A stretch of DNA of 64,000 nt from Smithellaceae bacterium (GTDB lineage Bacteria; Desulfobacterota; Syntrophia; Syntrophales; Smithellaceae): the NCBI GenBank assembly GCA_028693285.1, contig JAQUVQ010000001.1, forward strand, positions 11,664-75,663, written 5' to 3'. Positions 27,316-36,727 of the stretch are shown piece by piece. Numbering within the stretch: the stretch's first letter is position 1; the number at the start of each line of letters is the position of its first letter. The position numbers and the translations under genes are program-made. A model generated the notes under the pieces. It made no database searches. It had not been told where the DNA came from and saw only the letters and a program-made list of their open reading frames with translations.

Positions 27316-28356
27316 TCAGGGATACAGCGGGGGCGCCCCAAGACCGCTGTCTTCCGGCAGGGCGCAGACCAGATTCATGTTCTGCACGGCCTGGCCGGCG
27401 GCGCCCTTGACCAGATTGTCGATGGCGGAAATAATAATCACCCGGCGTGTCCGCGGATCGACGGTCAGGCCGATGTCGCAGTAATTGGATCCGCAAACGG
27501 AAGAAAGATTGGGAAACGTTCCCGCCGAACAAATCCGGATGAATTTTTCCCCGGCGTAGAAGGAGGCATACAGGGCGTGCAGATCCGCCTGGGTCGCTTC
27601 TTTTCGGAGCGACGCGTACATTGTGCTCAGAATGCCCCTTTTCACCGGCAGCAGGTGCGGCGTGAAGGAAATGAAGAATTTTTCCCCGGCCAGTTTGTTG
27701 AGCTCCTGCTCGATTTCCGGGGTGTGCCGGTGCTTCCCGACCTTGTAGGCCTTAAAGCCACCATCCGCTTCGCAGAAGAGCGATCCGACGGCCGGGTCCC
27801 TTCCCGCGCCGCTCACGCCGGAGGCCGAATCGGCAATGATCGTGGAAACGTCCAGGAGTTTATTTTTGAGCGCGGGCGCGAGCCCCAGAATAATGCTGGT
27901 CGGATAACAGCCGGGATTGGCAATCAACGACGATGTTTTAACCGCGTCCCGGTAAAGTTCCGGAAGCCCGTAAACCGCCTGTCCGAACAGGCCGGCGCTG
28001 GAATGTTTGGCATACCACTCTTCATAGGTTGCCGGATCCCGCAGGCGGTAGTCGGCGGACAGATCGATCACCTTTTTGCCCGCTTCGAGAAAGACGGGGG
28101 CGATCTCCATAGACACGCCGTGCGGCAGCGCCAGAAAAACGACATCGCAAATCCCTGCGATTTCCCGGGGCGAAGCGTCGGTGTACGTGAGAAACGTCAG
28201 GCCGGCAAGGGACGGAAAAACGTCCGAGACCTTCACGCCGGCATAGCGCCTTGAGGTGACGGCCGCCAGTTCCACCTGCGGGTGTCCGGACAGAATCCGG
28301 ATCAGTTCCTGACCGGTGTAACCGCTGGCGCCGAATATCGCCGCTTTTGTTTTCAT
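27316..28356 (-). CDS. argC: N-acetyl-gamma-glutamyl-phosphate reductase
   Basis: [22 protein letters not shown] Rossmann N-terminus and catalytic NPGCYPTS motif. ATG 28356 is preceded by a TGGAG SD. Confidence 0.92.
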   Translation of the reverse strand: MKTKAAIFGASGYTGQELIRILSGHPQVELAAVTSRRYAGVKVSDVFPSLAGLTFLTYTDASPREIAGICDVVFLALPHGVSMEIAPVFLEAGKKVIDLSADYRLRDPATYEEWYAKHSSAGLFGQAVYGLPELYRDAVKTSSLIANPGCYPTSIILGLAPALKNKLLDVSTIIADSASGVSGAGRDPAVGSLFCEADGGFKAYKVGKHRHTPEIEQELNKLAGEKFFISFTPHLLPVKRGILSTMYASLRKEATQADLHALYASFYAGEKFIRICSAGTFPNLSSVCGSNYCDIGLTVDPRTRRVIIISAIDNLVKGAAGQAVQNMNLVCALPEDSGLGAPPLYP

Positions 28357-28366
28357 AAAAAACTCC

Positions 28367-28392
28367 AAAAAAAAGGGGAGCCCGAAGCCCCC
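28367..28392 (-). terminator. rho-independent terminator after rpsI
   Basis: The minus strand reads GGGGGC-UUCGG-GC(U)CCCC followed by U8. On the plus strand the A8 run is at 28367-28374 and the GC-rich hairpin at 28375-28392. Confidence 0.6.
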
Positions 28393-28401
28393 CTTGAATG
28401 A

Positions 28402-28794
28402 TTAACGCTTGGAAAATTGGAATCTCTTTCGGGCGCCCGGCTGGCCGTACTTCTTACGCTCCTTGATGCGGGCGTCGCGCGTCAGAAATCCCGCTTTTTT
28501 CAGAATGGGGCGCAGCTCGGCGTCGCATTCCAGAAGCGCTTTGGAAATCCCGTGCTTCACCGCACCGGCCTGACCCGCCACGCCTCCTCCGCTGACATTG
28601 ACGTAAAAATCGAACTGGTCCTTTTTCCCCGTGATCTCCAGAGGCTGACGGATGATCATCTTCAGGCTGGGACGCGTAAAATATTCTTCGTAGTTTCTTT
28701 TGTTCACCACAATGCTGCCGCTGCCCGATTTCATATAAACGCGGGCGATGGCGCTCTTTCTTTTTCCGGTCGCATAAAAACGCTGTACTGTCAT
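28402..28794 (-). CDS. rpsI: 30S ribosomal protein S9
   Basis: [15 protein letters not shown]...[13 protein letters not shown] 28794 is preceded by a GGGAGAAG SD. Confidence 0.95.
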   Translation of the reverse strand: MTVQRFYATGKRKSAIARVYMKSGSGSIVVNKRNYEEYFTRPSLKMIIRQPLEITGKKDQFDFYVNVSGGGVAGQAGAVKHGISKALLECDAELRPILKKAGFLTRDARIKERKKYGQPGARKRFQFSKR

Positions 28795-28836
28795 GACTTC
28801 TCCCAAAATAAATTAATCAAAGGATGATTCGGACCT

Positions 28837-29268
28837 TTAAACGGTCAGGGTTTGCGGACACTGGGCTTCATGCGGATGCGCGTTTCCGCTGTAAACTTTC
28901 AGTTTTTTTAGCATTTTTCTGCCCAGATTGTTTTTCGGCAGCATCCCGGCCACGGCAATGCGAATCAGATTTTCCGGCTTGGAAGCCAGCATCTTTCCGG
29001 CGGCTGTTTCCCTGAGCCCCCCCGGATAACCGGAGTAGGAATAATAAATCTTGTCCGTGAGTTTCTTGCCGGTCAGTGCGATCTTTTCCGCATTAACCAC
29101 CACAATGAAATCGCCGGTGTCGACGTGCGGCGTGTAAATCGCTTTATGCTTGCCCCGAAGGCGCAGGGCGATTTCACTGGCCAGCCTTCCCAGTACCTTG
29201 CCGGACGCGTCAACCACGTACCAATCCTGTTTGACCTGCCGGGCTTTTGCTGAAAATGTTTTGTTCAT
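28837..29268 (-). CDS. rplM: 50S ribosomal protein L13
   Basis: [42 protein letters not shown]. Confidence 0.95.
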   Translation of the reverse strand: MNKTFSAKARQVKQDWYVVDASGKVLGRLASEIALRLRGKHKAIYTPHVDTGDFIVVVNAEKIALTGKKLTDKIYYSYSGYPGGLRETAAGKMLASKPENLIRIAVAGMLPKNNLGRKMLKKLKVYSGNAHPHEAQCPQTLTV

Positions 29269-29300
29269 AAATTGCCACCTGGTTAAAAATTTAAAGGTGG

Positions 29301-29329
29301 AACCTATGCAATTCCACGCTCTTTGTCAA
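29301..29329 (-). promoter_or_regulatory. candidate sigma-70 promoter upstream of rplM
   Basis: The minus strand reads TTGACA (29329-29324), 17-nt spacer, TAGGTT (29306-29301). This is the same -35/-10 pair as the tolQ candidate. Confidence 0.4.
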
Positions 29330-29429
29330 GGAAAATGTTTGGGAAAATGTTTTGATTTTTTTTCCGTGCCCCATGAGGCCGGGCCTGCGTCTTCAAAGCC
29401 TCCCGGGAAAGGACAAGCAGCGCACCTGC

Positions 29430-31652
29430 CTACAACAAACCCAGCCCGGCCAGGGAGAATTTCAGCATGAATCTTTCGTCATCGTAGGTCTTGGTGTAGT
29501 CCACTCCCACGCCCCAGCACTGCGCCTGATAGGTGAGGCCGACCGTGTTTTCCACTATCCGGTCATTGAACTGATCCCGCCTGAGAACCAGGTTGCCGCT
29601 GAACCCGCGGGTGAGGTTTACTTTCAGCACCATATTTATTTCCTCAAGAGAATCAAGAGTATAGCGGTATCCTACCGTCAGATAGTCTCCCCGCCAATCG
29701 CTGAGACCCAGATCGTAGTTCATCTCTTTCCAGCCGACATACGGGTTGTATTTGTTTCGCGCGGCAAAGGTAATGAAGGGGTGCGGCTTCAGGTCAAACT
29801 CGATTCCCAGGTCCGAGACCGGCCGCCTTTCCGCGGTGGCGCCGGCCATGTCTTTTTTGGCCTCGTTGATGTCATAGACCTGAAACAGCTTAAAACGCAA
29901 TAATTCAAAATAGCTGTGCAATCCGGACTTGCTCTTCGCTCTTGCGGTCAGCGTGTTGGTCAGCGCCCAGGCCACCGCGTTTTGCTCCGTCAAAACATTG
30001 GTATTGGCAATATTGGACGACAGGGAGCCGGCCATGAACGAATTCATCCAGGGAATGTAATCGGGAAGATGGTCCTGGTTCACCCCGGGAATATACGAAT
30101 AAAAGAGTTCAGGCTTGATTTCATGTTTTATTTTGTCCCAGTTTTGCATTTTGACCGCAAACACGCGCGAAATCCGGCTGCTGATGCTCAGGCCGGCATT
30201 GTACACGGTGCGGTTCCCGCTTTTATTGTCGGAATTGGCCTGCGAATCGTCGCGGTTCCAGTAAACCTCCCGCAGGGTGATTTGAGGGGTGACCTTCGCG
30301 TAGCGGGAGATATTCAAAGGCAGGGAAATCGTCGGCGCGATATCCGCATAATGCCCCTTTTGTCCCTCGCCCCGGTAAAAGTAATCATAGCTGCCCGTAA
30401 AATCGTAATACAGGGGGGTGGAAAAAAACTGCTGTTTCATGCCCGTGAACACGATTTCCGGATACTGCTGAAGAGTCCGGTCGTTGTTGACGGCGGAAAA
30501 GTCGTCCGTGGAACTGACGCGGGCCATCAGGCTGAAGTTGTTCCATCCCTTGTACACCCGCGCGGACGACTCCAGGGACGGCAGAGACTCGTTGCCCTGA
30601 AAGGGAACCTTGCGAAACGGGTCGGTCTCGGTGGTCGCGTAGTTGGCCAGGTAGTAGTTGTGGGCGTTGAAATCCCGAAAATACCAGGAATCGGAAACGC
30701 GCCTTATGTCCGTCCGGATGTAAAACTGGGAATCAAAATTCGTCTGGTGATTAACATAATAAGACCAGCGCCTGTGCATTCCCTGCCAGTCGCGGCTCTG
30801 GCTGCCGACCGCGGCGGTTTCCGTGGCGTGCTTGTTGTCTTCCATGAAATCCCCGTAAAGAGTGCCGAAGGATTTGCCGCCCGCATAGTAGCGGAATTCA
30901 GCCCCCTGCTTGTATCCCCTTTTTTCCATGTAGCGCGAAAAGAACGTCGCATCCATCTGAGGATTGATCGCCCAGAAAAAGGGGATTTCGATATCGATGC
31001 CGTCTTTATCTTTGGAATAACCGAGGTAGGGGAAAAGAAATCCCGACTGGCGCTTGGTTTTTGCGGGAAACGCGATGAGCGGCGTATAAAAGACCGGCAG
31101 ATGCCTCGCCCTCAGCCGGGCGCCTTTCATCAATCCGTACCCTTCCAGCGTCACTTTCATCGAACGTCCGGCAATTTCCCAGTCCGGGTTGTCCCCGTCG
31201 CAGGTGGTCGCCACGGGTTGATCGATGAAATAGGTGTTCTCGCCCGTTTTTTCGATTCTGTTGCCGCTGATGTAGAAATGATTGCGCGCGTAAAAGGCTT
31301 TGGAGTTGTAGGCCACGCCGGTTTTATCCTCAACGTTGACCACGATTTTATCCCCCGCAAGGGAATCCCGGGCCATTTGAAGCAGGGCGTTTCCCCAGGC
31401 GGTCGCCAGATTGCTTTTGCGGTCATATTCGGCGCTGGCAGCGGTCAAAACACCGTCGCCGTAAGTGATCACAACATTCCCCCGCGCAGCGTACAGGTCC
31501 TTTTCCTGATCGTAGGACAGCTCATCCGCTTCGATTTGCACCGGCGCGTCTTCGGGCATCTTCAAGTCCTGGGTCCAGCCGCCCTGTGCGGGCCAGAGCC
31601 AGAGGATCACCCCCAGCATCATGACCATATGTCGTCTCAGCAAAACCTGCAA
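29430..31652 (-). CDS. lptD: LPS-assembly outer membrane protein LptD (OstA)
   Basis: 740 aa. N-terminal OstA-like jellyroll (IEADELSYDQEKDLYAARGNVVITYGDGVLTAASAEYDRKSNLATAWGNA), then a large beta-barrel rich in aromatic-ended strands. TTG start at 31652 (RR-containing signal peptide) or ATG at 31628. Confidence 0.88.
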   Translation of the reverse strand: MQVLLRRHMVMMLGVILWLWPAQGGWTQDLKMPEDAPVQIEADELSYDQEKDLYAARGNVVITYGDGVLTAASAEYDRKSNLATAWGNALLQMARDSLAGDKIVVNVEDKTGVAYNSKAFYARNHFYISGNRIEKTGENTYFIDQPVATTCDGDNPDWEIAGRSMKVTLEGYGLMKGARLRARHLPVFYTPLIAFPAKTKRQSGFLFPYLGYSKDKDGIDIEIPFFWAINPQMDATFFSRYMEKRGYKQGAEFRYYAGGKSFGTLYGDFMEDNKHATETAAVGSQSRDWQGMHRRWSYYVNHQTNFDSQFYIRTDIRRVSDSWYFRDFNAHNYYLANYATTETDPFRKVPFQGNESLPSLESSARVYKGWNNFSLMARVSSTDDFSAVNNDRTLQQYPEIVFTGMKQQFFSTPLYYDFTGSYDYFYRGEGQKGHYADIAPTISLPLNISRYAKVTPQITLREVYWNRDDSQANSDNKSGNRTVYNAGLSISSRISRVFAVKMQNWDKIKHEIKPELFYSYIPGVNQDHLPDYIPWMNSFMAGSLSSNIANTNVLTEQNAVAWALTNTLTARAKSKSGLHSYFELLRFKLFQVYDINEAKKDMAGATAERRPVSDLGIEFDLKPHPFITFAARNKYNPYVGWKEMNYDLGLSDWRGDYLTVGYRYTLDSLEEINMVLKVNLTRGFSGNLVLRRDQFNDRIVENTVGLTYQAQCWGVGVDYTKTYDDERFMLKFSLAGLGLL

Positions 31653-31702
31653 ATTCTTTATCCCCGGTTTTTATGACACGCAGGAAAGGAAAAACCCCTC
31701 TT

Positions 31703-31730
31703 CACTTTCCACTTTCCACTTTTCACTTAT
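31703..31730. repeat. tandem heptamer array CACTTTC CACTTTC CACTTTT CACTTAT
   Basis: Four head-to-tail 7-nt units read directly from the sequence, in the 83-nt folC-lptD spacer. Confidence 0.85.
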
Positions 31731-31735
31731 TCGCG

Positions 31736-33013
31736 TCAGGCTTTACCACAAGAATTCAATTGATGAAACGACTGTTTGACCTCTCCGGCAAGATAAAGAG
31801 ACCCGAGGGCGCAGATCACATCGCTTTCCTGCGCCATCCCCAGCGCCGTGTGGATCGCCTCATCGACCGTTTTTGCCGCCACCGCCTTAAATCCCATTTC
31901 CTTCATCTCGCGGGCGAGCTGCTGCGCCGGCACGGCCCGCGCTGTTTTCAGCGGCGGCAGAATCGTAACGGCGGCCAAAGGGGCGATCTTTTTCAGCATG
32001 GCGCGGTAATCCTTGTCCGACAAAACGGCAAAGATCAGAATCAGACGCCTTCGGGAAAAATATTTTTTCAGCGCGCGGCACAGAGTCCGGACGCCGGAAG
32101 GATTATGCGCGCCGTCCAGCAAAAAAACCGGCCGGTCGCGAAGGATTTCCATGCGGGCCTCCCAGCGCGTTTTCTTCAGGCCGGAAACAACGGCCGCATC
32201 GCTGATCTTTAAACCGTGTTCCTCAACGATTTCCAGGGCGGCCAGCGCCAGCGCCGCGTTGGCCAACTGGTGGGCGCCCGCAAGCGCAACGCGAAGACCG
32301 CTGATCTTCCGGCGGATTCCGCAATAGTCCACGCGGCCGTCCGGCCGCTGAATGATTTTAAAATCCTTTCCAAGACGAAAGAAACGGGATTTTTTTTGGC
32401 GGCAGATGAAGGCCAGATGATCCGTTACCTTCTGCTGTGTTGCGCCGGTTACGCAGACTCCCCCCTGCCGGATGATTCCGGCCTTTTCTCCGGCCACCGC
32501 CGTCAGGGTGCGGCCCAGATAAGCCGTGTGCTCAAGCCCGATATTGGTAATGACGGAAACCAGCGGCCGGCATACATTGGTCGCGTCGAGCCTGCCGCCA
32601 AGGCCTGCTTCCATCACTGCGATGTCCACCCGCGCCCGCTGAAAATAAATAAACGCCGCCGCTGTGAGCGCTTCAAAGTAGGATACGGGTCCGCAGACTT
32701 TGGCCTGAATTTCCGAGAGGATGCTGCCCAGATCGCGCTCTGGAATTTTTTTTCCGTTCAGCGCAATCCGCTCCCGGACATCCACCAGGTGAGGCGACGT
32801 GTAGAGCCCGGTCCGGAAACCCGCCTCCTTCAGAATGGAAGCGGCCATCGCGGCCGTTGACCCTTTGCCGTTCGTGCCCGCGATCAGCAGCGCGGGATAT
32901 TCGTTCTGCGGGAAGCCGAACCGCTCCAGAAGCCCGGTGATCGCTTCCAGGCCGAATCGCATGACGTCGATGTTCAGGCCGGCAAGATATGCGGAGGGCT
33001 TCAAGGGATTCAT
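31736..33013 (-). CDS. folC: bifunctional folylpolyglutamate synthase / dihydrofolate synthase
   Basis: 425 aa. Mur-ligase-type P-loop AGTNGKGSTAAMAASIL and a FolC-type C-terminal domain. Confidence 0.88.
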   Translation of the reverse strand: MNPLKPSAYLAGLNIDVMRFGLEAITGLLERFGFPQNEYPALLIAGTNGKGSTAAMAASILKEAGFRTGLYTSPHLVDVRERIALNGKKIPERDLGSILSEIQAKVCGPVSYFEALTAAAFIYFQRARVDIAVMEAGLGGRLDATNVCRPLVSVITNIGLEHTAYLGRTLTAVAGEKAGIIRQGGVCVTGATQQKVTDHLAFICRQKKSRFFRLGKDFKIIQRPDGRVDYCGIRRKISGLRVALAGAHQLANAALALAALEIVEEHGLKISDAAVVSGLKKTRWEARMEILRDRPVFLLDGAHNPSGVRTLCRALKKYFSRRRLILIFAVLSDKDYRAMLKKIAPLAAVTILPPLKTARAVPAQQLAREMKEMGFKAVAAKTVDEAIHTALGMAQESDVICALGSLYLAGEVKQSFHQLNSCGKA

Positions 33014-33028
33014 GGGGTAGCCCGTAAA

Positions 33029-33796
33029 TTAAATGCGGATGACCTGGCCGTCTTGAATGATGTGAATCTTTCGATCCGGTATCCTTGCGACTTCGCGGCG
33101 AATGGTTCCCGCGTATCTCGGTTTCATGTGGTAAAGGTAAACATCCGGTCTTGAGTCTTTCATTTTTTTCAGCTCCGCCGCAAGCGTCACGGAGGTGAGG
33201 TGGCCTGTTTTATCCGCGAGGCTCTGCATCGCGGCGGGCAGAGACGTTTCCACAAAAATCGCCTGAAGGCCTTTTGCGGCCCCGGCGACTTTCCATACCT
33301 CGTGGGTAGGCCCCGTATCTCCCAGGAAAAGAGCCGCCTTCCCCTGCGACTCCATCAAAAACCCCATGGTTTCCACGGTATGATGAACCGGAATGGCCCT
33401 CACCCGCCAATCGCCGAATGTTTTTTTCCGGCCGGGAGAGAGAATCTCAAATTTGACCGTGGGATTTTGAGCACTGGGGATTCTGGTAAAATCAGGCCAG
33501 ATGACGTTATTGAAAAGATGGCGGCGGATATTTTCAATGATACCCCGGCTGCTGCAAATCCGAAGAGGGGTCTTTCGCTTCGCGAAGCAGAGATTGTCCG
33601 CCAGAAACATGATGTCGCGCACGTGGTCCAGATGGGCATGCGTGACCAGAATGCAATCGATGAGAAGCTGCTCCCGAAGCGTCAGGACCTGCGTGATGGC
33701 GCCCGCGTCGATCAGGATGTTTTTTCCGACGAGAAAACTGGTCGTATTGTAATTCGGCAACTGCGAGCCGTGGCAACCCAGAATCCGTATTTTCAT
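33029..33796 (-). CDS. MBL-fold metallo-hydrolase (class II cyclic-nucleotide phosphodiesterase-like)
   Basis: 255 aa. MKIRILGCHGS... with a THAHLDH metal-binding motif. The substrate cannot be assigned. Confidence 0.7.
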   Translation of the reverse strand: MKIRILGCHGSQLPNYNTTSFLVGKNILIDAGAITQVLTLREQLLIDCILVTHAHLDHVRDIMFLADNLCFAKRKTPLRICSSRGIIENIRRHLFNNVIWPDFTRIPSAQNPTVKFEILSPGRKKTFGDWRVRAIPVHHTVETMGFLMESQGKAALFLGDTGPTHEVWKVAGAAKGLQAIFVETSLPAAMQSLADKTGHLTSVTLAAELKKMKDSRPDVYLYHMKPRYAGTIRREVARIPDRKIHIIQDGQVIRI

Positions 33797-33975
33797 GTCA
33801 AGCTCCCGCTTTTCAATCTATGAGCCGCTTGACGCGGGACGCTATCATACCTTCGGCAGGCAGGCAATGATTTTGTAAGCGCATGACGCCTAAAGGCTTT
33901 TCGATCCATGCCCCGCGCTCCGGACCGGCCCGAAATCCCGTCTGCTTTCCCCGAAAAACCTGTTCCATAACGAAA

Positions 33976-34002
33976 GGGGAGAGAAGCATCCCTTCCCTCC
34001 CC
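33976..34002 (-). terminator. possible terminator hairpin downstream of the ACAD-like gene
   Basis: GGGGAGAGAAG / CTTCCCTCCCC arms (one mismatch) with a 5-nt loop. On the minus strand it is followed by UUUCGUU. On the plus strand a longer T/C-rich tract follows it, so the direction is ambiguous. Confidence 0.35.
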
Positions 34003-34049
34003 TCCCCTTCTTTTCTTTAGAGCGCGGCGACGGTCCTGAAAATCCCCGT

Positions 34050-35765
34050 CTATTCATTCATCGCGTATTCGCCGTTCAGGGCAAAAACATACTTGTTCCA
34101 GACCCGTTCATACTGGGCGTCATCTCCCGCCGCCTTGATCAGCATGATTTCCTTGCAGTAGGCGCGCTGTTCGTCCTTCGTGTTGTGCATTCCGTAGATC
34201 TGCAGGGCGAAGCGGGCGAAATCGCGCACCATGAAATCAAAAATCTGGTTGAGCACGTCGGGATCGATATTGTCAAATTTGGCCTGCTCCAGAATCAGCT
34301 GCCCATAGACCACGATGGAGAACATCTCTCCCAGCGGCAGAGAAAACAGCGGATCCATATCCTGAGCCTTGTCCGGGCCGGCTTTCTCCAGCAGCTCCTT
34401 GAACAGCTCAATCTGTTTGATGAAAATGGCCACATTGGGAAGCTGCTTATTCGCGTCGAAAACAGGCTTGTAGTCATGGAACTGAACGGACCCCAGGCCT
34501 TTGGTCGGTCCCTGATTGAAGAGAAACATGTCATCCTTCAGAGAGAAATCGGGCGCAACCGGAGAATAAGCGGCGGCATTGAAAAAATAATTCTTCATGA
34601 ACTTGCGGATCAGTTGAACATTGACGTGAACCGTCCCCTCCAGCTTGGAAGGCCCCCGGATATCGCTGGCGCCGAGGGAAAAATAGGTGTCTTTTTCAAA
34701 TCCCTTGGCTGCAATGACTTCCCACAGAAGATTGATCACGTCCTCGGCCTGAAGCGTCACCTTCATCTTGCTGGTGGGATTGTAGAGAAGATAACGGCGG
34801 TCTTGCGCGTTGGCGTTGCGGAAATAATCGGTCGAACGGCGCTGGTAAAGCTTCATGCCCACAATACGCAGCCAGGCATCCATGAAATTCTTCTTCACAT
34901 GCGGCATGGCGGTCACGGGAATGCCGTAAAGAACGCGGTTTGCGGCATGGGTGATGGCTTCATAAAAGCAATGCTCCGCGACGCCGAGGGAGGCCGGACC
35001 GATGTTGAACTTGCCGATATTCACGGTATTGAGCGCGGAATCCCAGGCGTGCGGTCCGCGCGACAGAATATCGTCTTCGCCAATGGGGTAATCATGAAGC
35101 GCGAAGTTGGAAACATATTCCTGATGGGAAATGACATTCTTCTTCAGCTCGTAGGCCTTGTGGCGGTAATTGGTGACAAAAAAGGTATAATCGTCCGTGC
35201 CGTCCTTCACCTTGCCCAGCGTGGAAACCATCTCCGCTTCGTTGCCGTTGCCGATGTAGTATTTTTCCCCGTTGGCCGCCCAGGTGCCGTCCGGTTTGGG
35301 CGTCAGATTGGTTTCCGTGGAGTAAATGTCCGCCCCATGCGCTTTTTCGGACAGACCGAAGGCGAAGATCGCCCCTTTTTTGAGCAGGTCGGCCGCTTTT
35401 TGCTTGGCTTTTTCATTGGGGCTCATCCAGATGGGCCCAAGTCCCAGAATGGTGACCTGGAAACAATACCAGTAGCCCAACCCGTAAAAGGCCAGAAGTT
35501 CACTATACTCGCTGTTGCGGGCCGTGTCCCAGCGGCAGTCCGGATCGCCTCCCCCATACTGGCTGGGGGTTAGAAGTTTGGCAAAGATCTGTTCCTTGCC
35601 GATAAAATCAATGAATTCGCGATACCAGACTTTCTTGTTGTAATCTTCCGTGATGCGTGTTTTGCCCATTCTCTCAAAGAAGGCGATGGTTTTTTCCATA
35701 ATGGCCTGTGAACCTTTGTCAGACATGAGGCTCTGATACTTCTTCGGCTGCAGCAGATAATTCAT
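34050..35765 (-). CDS. acyl-CoA dehydrogenase family protein with extra C-terminal domain
   Basis: 571 aa. ACAD-like middle domain (FGLSEKAHGADIYSTETNLTPKPDGTWAANGEKYYIGNG) and C-terminal helical domain (RVLYGIPVTAMPHVKKNF, and KLEGTVHVNVQLI corresponding to the YEGT catalytic-Glu segment), plus about 190 additional C-terminal residues. Confidence 0.65.
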   Translation of the reverse strand: MNYLLQPKKYQSLMSDKGSQAIMEKTIAFFERMGKTRITEDYNKKVWYREFIDFIGKEQIFAKLLTPSQYGGGDPDCRWDTARNSEYSELLAFYGLGYWYCFQVTILGLGPIWMSPNEKAKQKAADLLKKGAIFAFGLSEKAHGADIYSTETNLTPKPDGTWAANGEKYYIGNGNEAEMVSTLGKVKDGTDDYTFFVTNYRHKAYELKKNVISHQEYVSNFALHDYPIGEDDILSRGPHAWDSALNTVNIGKFNIGPASLGVAEHCFYEAITHAANRVLYGIPVTAMPHVKKNFMDAWLRIVGMKLYQRRSTDYFRNANAQDRRYLLYNPTSKMKVTLQAEDVINLLWEVIAAKGFEKDTYFSLGASDIRGPSKLEGTVHVNVQLIRKFMKNYFFNAAAYSPVAPDFSLKDDMFLFNQGPTKGLGSVQFHDYKPVFDANKQLPNVAIFIKQIELFKELLEKAGPDKAQDMDPLFSLPLGEMFSIVVYGQLILEQAKFDNIDPDVLNQIFDFMVRDFARFALQIYGMHNTKDEQRAYCKEIMLIKAAGDDAQYERVWNKYVFALNGEYAMNE

Positions 35766-35831
35766 ACGGTGCTCCTTTCATCCTGTAAAAATTCTTTTGA
35801 GGCGCAATTTACGATATTTTCAAAAAAAGAG

Positions 35832-36545
35832 CTACTTAAAAAAATCGGAGCGGGGCAGGTTAATGAACTCGTGAAGACGCTGTTCTCCATAGAGAAGAAT
35901 GTCTCTCATGGCCTCCCGCGATTGAACCGGATCTCTCCGGCCCAGATGATCCAGGAAACGGCGGTTCAGCGCCAGGGATTTCTCCGGAGCCCCCTTGAGG
36001 GAATAAAAAAAGCCTGTAAATACGACATAGACCTGTTTCATGGAGGTGAAGATAAGCCGGATGATGATGTCACCGGAAACCAGGATGACGCGGTAGTGAA
36101 AACTGTAATCCAGCTCCGCCAACTTTTGAGGAAACTTCAGGTTTTTCTCCTTTTCCATCAGATTTTTCTTCAGGAAGGCCATGTCATCCTCCGTGATGCG
36201 CGATGCGGCAAGCTCCGCGGTGAGCGTCTCATTGACTTCGCGGAAGTTCAGGATCGACTGCATGGTCTGCGGCTCCACGCTTCTGTTTGTCAGCATAATC
36301 TGGGCAAGCATTTCCAGTGTGCAATGGGCGTTAAAATCCTTTACATACGTCCCGCTCTGCGGCCTGGTTTCAGCAAAACCAGAGCCGACAAGCCGGGTCA
36401 TGGCCTCGCGGATGGCGGGCCGGTTTGTTCCATAGATTCCGGCCAGATCGCGCTCCGTGGGAAGCCTGCTGTCAATTTTATAGGTTCCGTTGATAATGCC
36501 GCGTCGAATGTCCTCATATATTTTTTCCGAAAGTTTCCGTGCCAT
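35832..36545 (-). CDS. GntR family transcriptional regulator (FadR-like, FCD C-terminal domain)
   Basis: 237 aa. Winged HTH: SEKIYEDIRRGIINGTYKIDSRLPTERDLAGIYGTNRPAIREAMTRL. All-helical C-terminal domain. Confidence 0.85.
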   Translation of the reverse strand: MARKLSEKIYEDIRRGIINGTYKIDSRLPTERDLAGIYGTNRPAIREAMTRLVGSGFAETRPQSGTYVKDFNAHCTLEMLAQIMLTNRSVEPQTMQSILNFREVNETLTAELAASRITEDDMAFLKKNLMEKEKNLKFPQKLAELDYSFHYRVILVSGDIIIRLIFTSMKQVYVVFTGFFYSLKGAPEKSLALNRRFLDHLGRRDPVQSREAMRDILLYGEQRLHEFINLPRSDFFK

Positions 36546-36660
36546 GTTGTGCTCCCGCTTTTTTAAAACTTCATCTCCGGAAAGGCTAATCCCATTTTCT
36601 CAAATCAAATGTCCACTGAATTTTTCGGCGCCCTGCTCCCTGCATGTCTGAAAATATGTC

Positions 36661-36690
36661 TTGACAAAATTGGCTATACCAATTTAGATA
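36661..36690 (+). promoter_or_regulatory. candidate promoter of the enolase/BASS operon, overlapped by a 19-bp palindrome (candidate GntR operator)
   Basis: TTGACA at 36661-36666. The palindrome AAATTGG-CTATA-CCAATTT at 36667-36685 fills the spacer. An A/T-rich -10 region (TTAGATATATATA) starts at 36684. Confidence 0.5.
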
Positions 36691-36727
36691 TATATACGAT
36701 TTTGAAAAAAAAGAAAGGAGAAAGCCC

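Noticed and set aside
29916-31676. A 586-aa plus-strand ORF opposite lptD.
   Set aside because: It is an antisense shadow of lptD. Similar shadows lie at 3266-4960 (ftsI), 34185-35573 (the ACAD-like gene), 41207-42580 (asmA), 45232-46641 (phoR), 56209-57867 (map/secY) and 1592-2794 (murE/F). All have a biased Arg/Gly/Pro composition, no motifs, and a convincing gene on the other strand.
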